Below, piece by piece: positions 11,301-22,980 of a stretch of 64,000 nucleotides of DNA. Below the pieces are notes generated by a model. That model was not told where the DNA came from. It saw nothing but the letters and a program-made list of their open reading frames with translations, and did not search any database. Source of the DNA: Azolla caroliniana (taxonomy: Eukaryota; Plantae; Polypodiophyta). The translations under genes were made by a program, and so were the position numbers. How positions within the stretch are numbered: position 1 is the first letter of the stretch; each line of letters opens with the position of its first letter. The stretch covers positions 434,001-498,000 of the forward strand of contig JBHGNT010000010.1 of NCBI GenBank assembly GCA_043228905.1, given 5' to 3'.

Positions 11301-14300
11301 TTCTCAACTCCCTCGTCAAATTTGGTAATTTCTTCATGTCTCTCGACCTGAGTTTCAAAATCTTGATTTTTTAATTCTATATCATAGCTAATGTTGTTAG
11401 CTTCGATTCGCATCTTTGAACACAAAAATCTGGTATCACAGGAGCCAGGTATGAAAATTTTAAATTAGTCACGAGCTCTTCTCAACTCCCTCCTCAAATT
11501 TGGTAATTTCTTCATGTCTCTCGCCCTGAGTTTCAAAATCTTGATTTTTTAATTCCATATCTTAGGTAGCGTTGTTAGCTTCGAATCGCAAGTTTGAACA
11601 CAAAAATCCGAGATCACACGAGCCAGGTATGAACATTTTAATTTACTCACGGGCTCTTCTCAACTCCCTCTTCTAACTTGCCAATTTCTTCATGTCTCTC
11701 GACCTGAGTTTCAAAATCCTAATTTTTTAATTCCATATCATAGGTAGCGTTGTTAGCTTCGATTCGCATGTTTGAACACAGAAATCCGGGATCACACGAG
11801 CGAGGTATGAACATTTTAAATTAGTCACGGGGTCTTCTCAGCTCCCTCCTCAAATTTGGTAATTTCTTCATGTCGCTCGACCTGAGTTTCAAAATCTTGA
11901 TTTTTTAATTCCATATCATAGGTAGCGTTGTTAGCTTCGAATCGCATGTTTGAACACAAAAATCCGATATCACATGGGCCAGGTATGAACATTTTAATTT
12001 ACTCACGGGCTCTTCTCAACTCCTTCTTCTAACTTGCCAATTTCTTCATGTCTCTCGACCTGAGTTTCAAAATCTTGATTTTTTCACTCCATATCTTAGG
12101 TAGCGTTGTGAGCTTCGAATCGCAAGTTTGAACACAAAAATCCGAGATCACACGAGCCAGGTATGAACATTTTAATTTACTCACGGGCTCTTCTCAACTC
12201 CCTCTTCTAACTCGCGAATTTCTACATGTCTCTCGACCTGAGTGTCAAAATCTTGATTTTTGAATTCCATATCTTAGGTAGCGTTGTTAGCTTCGAATCG
12301 CATGTTTGAACACAAAAATCTGATATCACATGGGCCATCTATAAACATTTTAATTTACTCACGGGCTCTTCTCAACTCCCTCATCAATTTTGGTAATTTC
12401 TTCATGTCTCTCGACCTGAGTTTCAAAATATTGATTTTTTAATTCCATATCTTAGGTAGCGTTGTTAGCTTCGAATCGCAAGTTTGAACACAAAAATCCG
12501 AGATCACACGAGCCAGGTATGAACATTTTAAATTAGTCACGGGCTCTTCGCAACTCCTTTTTCTAACTTGCCAATTTCTTCATGTCTCTCGACCTGAGTT
12601 TCAAAATCTTGATTTTTTAATTCCATATCATAGTTAGTGTTTTTAGCTTCGATTCGCATGTTTGAACACAAAAATCCGATATCACATGGGCCACGTATGA
12701 CCATTTTAATTTACTCACGGGCTCTTCTCAACTCCGTCTTCTAAATTGCCAATTTCTTCATGTCTCTCGACCTGAGTTTCAAAATCTTGATTTTTTAATT
12801 CCATATCATAGATAGCGTTGTTAGCTTCGAATCGCAAGTTTGAACACAAAAATCCGAGATCACACGAGCCAGGTATGAACATTTTAATTTACTCACGGGC
12901 TCTTCTCAACTCCCTCTTCTAACTCGCGAATTTCTACATGTCTCTCGACCTGAGTGTCAAAATCTTGATTTTTTAATTCCATATCTTAGGTAGCGTTGTT
13001 AGCTTCGAATCGCATGTTTGAACACAAAAATCCGATATCACATGGGCCAGCTATGAACATTTTAATTTACTCACGGGCTCTTCTCAACTCCCTCCTCAAA
13101 TTTGGTAATTTCTTCATGTCTCTCGACCTGAGTTTCAAAATATTGATTTTTTAATTCCATATCTTAGGTAGCGTTGTTAGCTTCGAATCGCAAGTTTGAA
13201 CACAAAAATCCGAGATCACACGAGCCAGGTATGAACATTTTAAATTAGTCACGGGCTCTTCTCTACTCCTTTTTCTAACTTGCCAATTTCTTCATGTCTC
13301 TCGACCTGAGTTTCAAAATCTTGATTTTTTAATTCCATATCTTAGGTAGCGTTGTGAGCTTCGAATCGCAAGTTTGAACACAAAAATCCGAGATCACACG
13401 AGCCAGGTATGAACATTTTAATTTACTCACGGGCTCTTCTCAACTCCCTCTTCTAACTCGCGAATTTCTACATGTCTCTCGACCTAAGTGTCAAAATATT
13501 GATTTTTTAATTCCATATCTTAGGTAGCGTTGTTAGCTTCGAATCGCATGTTTGAACACAAAAATCCGATATCACATGGGCCAGCTATGAACATTTTAAT
13601 TTACTCACGGGCTCTTCTCAACTCCCTCCTCAAATTTGGTAATTTCTTCATGTCTCTCGACCTGAGTTTCAAAATATTGATTTTTTAATTCCATATCTTA
13701 GGTAGCGTTGTTAGCTTCGAATCGCAAGTTTGAACACAAAAATCCGAGATCACACGAGCCAGGTATGAACATTTTAAATTAGTCACGGGCTCTTCTCAAC
13801 TCCTTCTTCTAACTTGCCAATTTCTTCATGTCTCTCGACCTGAGTTTCAAAATCTTGATTTTTTAATTCCATATCATAGTTAGTGTTTTTAGCTTCGATT
13901 CGCATGTTTGAACACAAAAATCCGATATCACATGGGCCACGTATGACCATTTTAATTTACTCACGGGCTCTTCTCAACTCCCTCTTCTAACTTGCCAATT
14001 TCTTCATGTCTCTCGACCTGAGTTTCACAATCTTGATTTTTTAATCCATATCATAGGTAGCATTGTTAGCTTCGAAACGCATGTTTGAACAGAAAAATCC
14101 GATATCACATGGGCCTGGTATGAACATTTTAATTTACTCACGGGCTCTTCTCAACTCCCTCTTCTAACTTGCCAATTTCTTCATGTCTCTCGACCTGAGT
14201 TTCAAAATCTTGATTTTTTAATTCCATATCATAGCTAGTGTTGTTAGCTTCGATTCGCATCTTTGAACACAAAAATCTGGTATCACACGAGCCAGGTATG

Positions 14301-17300
14301 AACATTTTAATTTACTCACGGGCTCTTCTCAACTCCCTCCTCAAATTTGGTAATTTCTTCATGTCTCTCGACCTGAGTTTCAAAATCTTGATTTTTTAAT
14401 TCCATATCTTAGGTAGCGTTGTTAGCTTTGATTCGCATGTTTGAACACAAAAATCCGGGATCACACGAGCGAGGTATGAACATTTTAATTTACTCACGCG
14501 CTCTTCTCAACTCCCTCGTCAAATTTGGTAATTTCTTCATGTCTCTCGACCTGAGTTTCAAAATCTTGATTTTTTAATTCTATATCATAGCTAGTGTTGT
14601 TAGCTTCGATTCGCATCTTTGAACACAAAAATCTGGTATCACAGGAGCCAGGTATGAAAATTTTAAATTAGTCACGGGCTCTTCTCAACTCCCTCCTCAA
14701 ATTTGGTAATTTCTTCATGTCTCTCGCCCTGAGTTTCAAAATCTTGATTTTTTAATTCCATATCTTAGGTAGCGTTGTTAGCTTCGAATCGCAAGTTTGA
14801 ACACAAAAATCCGAGATCACACGAGCCAGGTATGAACATTTTAATTTACTCACGGGCTCTTCTCAACTCCCTCTTCTAACTTGCCAATTTCTTCATGTCT
14901 CTCGACCTGAGTTTCAAAATCCTAATTTTTTAATTCCATATCATAGGTAGCGTTGTTAGCTTCGATTCGCATGTTTGAACACAGAAATCCGGGATCACAC
15001 GAGCGAGGTATGAACATTTTAAATTAGTCACGGGCTCTTCTCAACTCCCTCCTCAAATTTGGTAATTTCTTCATGTCGCTCGACCTGAGTTTCAAAATCT
15101 TGATTTTTTAATTCCATATCATAGGTAGCGTTGTTAGCTTCGAATCGCATGTTTGAACACAAAAATCCGATATCACATGGGCCAGGTATGAACATTTTAA
15201 TTTACTCACGGGCTCTTCTCAACTCCTTCTTCTAACTTGCCAATTTCTTCATGTCTCTCGACCTGAGTTTCAAAATCTTGATTTTTTAATTCCATATCTT
15301 AGGTAGCGTTGTGAGCTTCGAATCGCAAGTTTGAACACAAAAATCCGAGATCACACGAGCCAGGTATGAACATTTTAATTTACTCACGGGCTCTTCTCAA
15401 CTCCCTCTTCTAACTCGCGAATTTCTACATGTCTCTCGACCTGAGTGTCAAAATCTTGATTTTTTAATTCCATATCATAGGTAGCGTTGTTAGCTTCGAA
15501 TCGCATGTTTGAACACAAAAATCCGATATCACATGGGCCAGGTATGAACATTTTAATTTACTCACGGGCTCTTCTCAACTCCTTCTTCTAACTTGCCAAT
15601 TTCTTCATGTCTCTCGACCTGAGTTTCAAAATCTTGATTTTTTAATTCCATATCTTAGGTAGCGTTGTGAGCTTCGAATCGCAAGTTTGAACACAAAAAT
15701 CCGAGATCACACGAGCCAGGTATGAACATTTTAATTTACTCACGGGCTCTTCTCAACTCCCTCTTCTAACTCGCGAATTTCTACATGTCTCTCGACCTGA
15801 GTGTCAAAATCTTGATTTTTTAATTCCATATCTTAGGTAGCGTTGTTAGCTTCGAATCGCATGTTTGAACACAAAAATCCGATATCACATGGGCCAGCTA
15901 TGAACATTTTAATTTACTCACGGGTTCTTCTCAACTCCCTCCTCAAATTTGGTAATTTCTTCATGTCTCTCGACCTGAGTTTCAAAATATTGATTTTTTA
16001 ATTCCATATCTTAGGTAGCGTTGTTAGCTTCGAATCGCAAGTTTGAACACAAAAATCCGAGATCACACGAGCCAGGTATGAACATTTTAAATTAGTCACG
16101 GGCTCTTCTAAACTCCTTCTTCTAACTTGCCAATTTCTTCATGTCTCTCGACCTGAGTTTCAAAATCTTGATTTTTTAATTCCATATCATAGTTAGTGTT
16201 TTTAGCTTCAATTCGCATGTTTGAACACAAAAATCCGATATCACATGGGCCACGTATGACCATTTTAATTTACTCACGGGCTCTTCTCAACTCCCTCTTC
16301 TAACTTGCCAATTTCTTCATGTCTCTCGACCTGAGTTTCACAATCTTGATTTTTTAATCCATATCATAGGTAGCATTGTTAGCTTCGAATCGCATGTTTG
16401 AACAGAAAAATCCGATATCACATGGGCCTGGTATGAACATTTTAATTTACTCACGGGCTCTTCTCAACTCCCTCTTCTAACTTGCCAATTTCTTCATGTC
16501 TCTCGACCTGAGTTTCAAAATCTTGATTTTTTAATTCCATATCATAGCTAGTGTTGTTAGCTTCGATTCGCATCTTTGAACACAAAAATCTGGTATCACA
16601 CGAGCCAGGTATGAACATTTTAATTTACTCACGGGCTCTTCTCAACTCCCTCCTCAAATTTGGTAATTTCTTCATGTCTCTCGACCTGAGTTTCAAAATC
16701 TTGATTTTTTAATTTCATATCATAGGTAGCGTTGTTAGCTTTGATTCGCATGTTTGAACACAAAAATCCGGGATCACACGAGCCAGGTATGAACATTTTA
16801 ATTTACTCACGCGCTCTTCTCAACTGCCTCGTCAAATTTGGTAATTTCTTCATGTCTCTCGACCTGAGTTTCAAAATCTTGATTTTTTAATTCTATATCA
16901 TAGCTAGTGTTGTTAGCTTCGATTCGCATCTTTGAACACAAAAATCTGGTATCACAGGAGCCAGGTATGAAAATATTAAATTAGTCACGGGCTCTTCTCA
17001 ACTCCCTCCTCAAATTTGGTAATTTCTTCATGTCTCTCGCCCTGAGTTTCAAAATCTTGATTTTTTAATTCCATATCTTAGGTAGCGTTGTTAGCTTCGA
17101 ATCGCAAGTTTGAACACAAAAATCCGAGATCAGACGAGCCAGGTATGAACATTTTAATTTACTCACGGGCTCTTCTCAACACCCTCTTCTAACTTGCCAA
17201 TTTCTTCATGTCTCTCGACCTGAGTTTCAAAATCCTAATTTTTTAATTCCATATCATAGGTAGCGTTGTTAGCTTCGATTCGCATGTTTGAACACAGAAA

Positions 17301-17450
17301 TCCGGGATCACACGACCGAGGTATAAACATTTTAAATTAGTCACGGGCTCTTCTCAACTCCCTCCTCAAATTTGGTAATTTCTTCATGTCGCTCGACCTG
17401 AGTTTCAAAATCTTGATTTTTTAATTCCATATCATAGGTAGCATTGTTAG
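8350..17450 (+). repeat. Variable-order higher-order repeat with 17-, 18- and 13-monomer spacing; ends approximate
   Basis: Marker ACAGGAGCC at 8441, 11438, 14641 and 16954; offsets 2997, 3203 and 2313 equal 17x178-29, 18x178-1 and 13x178-1. Confidence 0.8.
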
Positions 17451-20400
17451 CTTCGATTCGCATGTTTGAACACAGAAATCCGGGATCACACGAGCGAGGT
17501 ATGAACATTTTAAATTAGTCACGGGCTCTTCTCAACTCCATCCTCAAATTTGGTAATTTCTTCATGTCTCTCGACCTGAGTTTCAAAATCTTGATTTTTT
17601 AATTCCATATCTTAGGTAGCGTTGTGAGCTTCGAATCGCAAGTTTGAACACAAAAATCCGAGATCACACGAGCCAGGTATGAACATTTTAATTTACTCAC
17701 GGGCTCTTCTCAACTCCCTCCTCTAACTCGCCAATTTCTTCATGTCTCTCGACCTGAGTTTCAAAATCTTGATTTTTTAATTCCATATCATAGGTAGCGT
17801 TGTTAGCTTCGAATCGCATGTTTGAACACAAAAATCCGATATCACATGGGCCAGGTATGAACATTTTAATTTACTCACGGGCTCTTCTCAACTCCCTCCT
17901 CAAATTTGGTAATTTCTTCATGTCTCTCGACCTGAGTTTGAAAACCTTGATTTTTTAATTCCATATCATAGGTAGCGTTGTTAGCTTCGAATCGCATGTT
18001 TGAACACAAAAATCCGATATCACATGGGCCAGGTATGAACATTTTAATTTACTCACGCGCTCTTCCCAACTGCCTCGTCAAATTTGGTAATTTCTTCATG
18101 TCTCTCGACCTGAGTTTCAAAATCTTGATTTTTTAATTCTATATCATAGCTAGTGTTGTTAGCGTCAATTCGCATGTTTTAATACAAAAATCAGGGATCA
18201 CACGAGCCAGGTATGAACATTTGAATTTAGTCACACGCTCTTCTAAACTCCTTCCTCAAATTTGGTAATTTCTTCATGTCTCTCGACCTGAGTTTTAAAA
18301 TCTTGATTTTTTAATTCCATATTATAGGTAGCTTTGATTCGCATGTTTGAACACAAAAATCCGGGATTACACGAGCCAGGTATGAACATTTTAATTTACT
18401 CACGCGCTCTTCTCAACTCCCTCGTCAAATTTGGTAATTTCTTCATGTCTCTCGACCTGAGTTTCAAAATCTTGATTTTTAAATTTCATATCATAGATAG
18501 CGTTGTTAGCTTCGAATTGCATGTTTGAACACAAAAATCCGAGATCACACGAGCCAGGTATGAACATTTTAATTTACTCACGGGCTCTTCTCAACGCCCT
18601 CTTCTAACTTGCCAATTTCTTCATGTCTCTCGACCTGAGTTTCAAAATCTTGATTTTTTAATTCCATATCTTAGGTAGCGTTGTTAGCTTCGATTCGCAT
18701 GTTTGAACACAGAAATCCGGGATCACACGAGCGAGGTATGAACATTTTAAATTAGTCACGGGCTCTTCTCAACTCCATCCTCAAATTTGGTAATTTCTTC
18801 ATGTCTCTCGACCTGAGTTTCAAAATCTTGATTTTTTAATTCCATATCTTAGGTAGCGTTGTGAGCTTCGAATCGCAAGTTTGAACACAAAAATCCGAGA
18901 TCACACGAGCCAGGTATGAACATTTTAATTTACTCACGGGCTCTTCTCAACTCCCTCCTCTAACTCGCCAATTTCTTCATGTCTCTCGACCTGAGTTTCA
19001 AAATCTTGATTTTTAAATTCCATATCATAGGTAGCGTTGTTAGCTTCGAATCGCATGTTTGAACACAAAAATCCGATATCACATGGGCCAGGTATGAACA
19101 TTTTAATTTACTCACGGGCTCTTCTCAACTCCCTCCTCAAATTTGGTAATTTCTTCATGTCTCTCGACCTGAGTTTGAAAACCTTGATTTTTTAATTCCA
19201 TATCATAGGTAGCGTTGTTAGCTTCGAATCGCATGTTTGAACACAAAAATCCGATATCACATGGGCCAGGTATGAACATTTTAATTTACTCACGCGCTCT
19301 TCTCAACTGCCTCGTCAAATTTGGTAATTTCTTCATGTCTCTCGACCTGAGTTTCAAAATCTTGATTTTTTAATTCTATATCATAGCTAGTGTTGTTAGC
19401 GTCAATTCGCATGTTTTAATACAAAAATCAGGGATCACACGAGCCAGGTATGAACATTTGAATTTAGTCACACGCTCTTCTAAACTCCTTCCTCAAATTT
19501 GGTAATTTCTTCATGTCTCTCGACCTGAGTTTTAAAATCTTGATTTTTTAATTCCATATTATAGGTAGCTTTGATTCGCATGTTTAATTCCATATTATAG
19601 GTAGCTTTTAATTTACTCACGCGCTCTTCTCAACTCCCTCGTCAAATTTGGTAATTTCTTCATGTCTCTCGACCTGAGTTTCAAAATCTTGATTTTTAAA
19701 TTTCATATCATAGATAGCGTTGTTAGCTTCGAATTGCATGTTTGAACACAAAAATCCGAGATCACACGAGCCAGGTATGAACATTTTAATTTACTCACGG
19801 GCTCTTCTCAACGCCCTCTTCTAACTTGCCAATTTCTTCATGTCTCTCGACCTGAGTTTCAAAATCTTGATTTTTTAATTCCATATCTTAGGTAGCGTTG
19901 TTAGCTTCGATTCGCATGTTTGAACACAGAAATCCGGGATCACACGAGCGAGGTATGAACATTTTAAATTAGTCACGGGCTCTTCTCAACTCCCTCCTCA
20001 AATTTGGTAATTTCTTCATGTCTCTCGACCTGAGTTTCAAAATCTTGATTTTTTAATTCCATATCATAGGTAGCGTTGTTAGCTTCGATTCGCAGGTTTG
20101 AACACAAAAATCCAGGATCACACGAGCCATGTATGAACATTTTAATTTACTCACGGGCTCTTCTCAACTCCCTCCTCAAATTTGGTAATTTCTTCATGTC
20201 TCTCGACTTGAGTTTCAAAATCTTGATTTTTTCATTCCCTATCCAAGCTAGTGTTGTTAGCTTCGAATCGCATGTTTGAACACAAAAATCCGATATCACA
20301 TGGGCCAGGTATGAACATTTTAATTTACTCACAGGCTCTTCTCAACTCCCTCTTCTAACTTGCCAATTTCTTCATGTCTCTCAACCTGAGTTTCAAAATC

Positions 20401-22980
20401 TTGATTTTTTAATTCCATATCATAGAGCTTCGATACGCATGTTTAAACACTAAAATCCGAGATCACACTAGCCAGGTATGAACATTTTAATTTACTCACG
20501 CGCTCTTCTCAACTCCCTCGTCAAATTTGGTAATTTCTTCATGTCTCTCGACCTGAGTTTCAAAATCTTGATTTTTTAATTCCATATCATAGGTAGCGTC
20601 GTTAGCTTCGATTCGCATGTTTGAACACAGAAATCCGGGATCACACGAGCCAGGTATGAACATTTTAATTTATTCACGCGCTCTTCTCAACTCCCTCCTC
20701 AAATTTGGTAATTTCTTCATGTCTCTCGAATCGCATGTTTGAACACAAAAATCCGGCATCACACGAGCCAGGTATGAACATTTTAAATTAGTCACGGGCT
20801 CTTCTCAACTCCCTCCTCAAATTTGGTAATTTCTTCATGTCTCTCGACCTGAGTGTCAAAATCTTGATTTTTTAATTCCATATCTTAGGTAGCGTTATTA
20901 GCTTCGAATCGCAAGTTTAAACACAAAAATCCGAAATCACACGAGCTAGGTATGAACATTTTAAATTAGTCACGGGCTCTTCTCAACTCCTTCTTCTCAC
21001 TTGCCAATTTCTTCATGTCTCTCGACCTGAGTTTCAAAATCTTGATTTTTTAATTTCATATCATAGATAGCGTTGTTAGCTTCGAATTGCATGTTTGAAC
21101 ACAAAAATCCGATATCACATGGGCCACGTATGAACATTTTAATTTACTCACGGGCTCTTCTCAACTCCCTCTTCAAACTTGCCAATTTCTTCATGTCTCT
21201 CGACCTGAGTTTCAAAATCTTGATTTTTTAATTCCATATCATAGCTAGTGTTGTTAGCTTCAAATCGCATGTTTAAACACAAAAATCCGATATCACATGG
21301 GCCAGGTATGAACATTTTAATTTACTCACGGGCTCTTCTCAACTCCCTCTTCTAACTTGCCAATTTCTTCATGTCTCTCGACCTGAGTTTCAAAATCTTG
21401 ATTTTTTAATACCATATCATAGCTAGTGTTGTTAGCTTCGATTCGCATCTTTGAACACAAAAATCTGGTATCACACGAGCCAGGTATGAACATTTTAATT
21501 TACTCACGCGCTCTTCTTAACTCCCTCCTCAAATTTGATAATTTCTTCATGTCTCTCGACCTGAGTTTCAAAATCTTGATTTTTTAATTCCATATCTTAG
21601 GTAGCGTTGTGAGCTTCGAATCGCAAGTTTGAACACAAAAATCCGAGATCACACGAGCCAGGTATGAACATTTTAATTTACTCACGGGCTCTTCTCAACT
21701 CCCTCCTCTAACTCGCCAATTTCTTCATGTCTCTCGACCTGAGTTTCAAAATCTTGATTTTTTAATTCCATATCATAGGTAGCGTTGTTAGCTTCGAATC
21801 GCATGTTTGAACACAAAAATCCGATATCACATGGGCCAGGTATGAACATTTTAATTTACTCACGGGCTCTTCTCAACTCCCTCCTCAAATTTGGTAATTT
21901 CTTCATGTCTCTCGACCTGAGTTTGAAAACCTTGATTTTTTAATTCCATATCATAGGTAGCGTTGTTAGCTTCGAATCGCATGTTTGAACACAAAAATCC
22001 GATATCACATGGGCCAGGTATGAACATTTTAATTTACTCACGCGCTCTTCTCAACTGCCTCGTCAAATTTGGTAATTTCTTCATGTCTCTCGACCTGAGT
22101 TTCAAAATCTTGATTTTTTAATTCTATATCATAGCTAGTGTTGTTAGCGTCAATTCGCATGTTTTAATACAAAAATCAGGGATCACACGAGCCAGGTATG
22201 AACATTTGAATTTAGTCACACGCTCTTCTAAACTCCTTCCTCAAATTTGGTAATTTCTTCATGTCTCTCGACCTGAGTTTTAAAATCTTGATTTTTTAAT
22301 TCCATATTATAGGTAGCTTTGATTCGCATGTTTGAACACAAAAATCCGGGATCACACGAGCCAGGTATGAACATTTTAATTTACTCACGCGCTCTTCTCA
22401 ACTCCCTCGTCAAATTTGGTAATTTCTTCATGTCTCTCGACCTGAGTTTCAAAATCTTGATTTTTAAATTTCATATCATAGATAGCGTTGTTAGCTTCGA
22501 ATTGCATGTTTGAACACAAAAATCCGAGATCACACGAGCCAGGTATGAACATTTTAATTTACTCACGGGCTCTTCTCAACGCCCTCTTCTAACTTGCCAA
22601 TTTCTTCATGTCTCTCGACCTGAGTTTCAAAATCTTGATTTTTTAATTCCATATCTTAGGTAGCGTTGTTAGCTTCGATTCGCATGTTTGAACACAGAAA
22701 TCCGGGATCACACGAGCGAGGTATGAACATTTTAAATTAGTCACGGGCTCTTCTCAACTCCCTCCTCAAATTTGGTAATTTCTTCATGTCTCTCGACCTG
22801 AGTTTCAAAATCTTGATTTTTTAATTCCATATCATAGGTAGCGTTGTTAGCTTCGATTCGCAGGTTTGAACACAAAAATCCAGGATCACACGAGCCATGT
22901 ATGAACATTTTAATTTACTCACGGGCTCTTCTCAACTCCCTCCTCAAATTTGGTAATTTCTTCATGTCTCTCGACCTGAG
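17450..22980 (+). repeat. 7-monomer higher-order repeat carrying a 9-bp deletion (1237 bp unit); two tandem copies plus a third at ~21.6-22.8 kb
   Basis: Marker TCACACGCTCTTCTAAACTCCTT at 18231, 19468 and 22216. All copies share GGTAGCTTTGATT, GCGTCAATT and GTTTGAAAACC. Confidence 0.88.
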
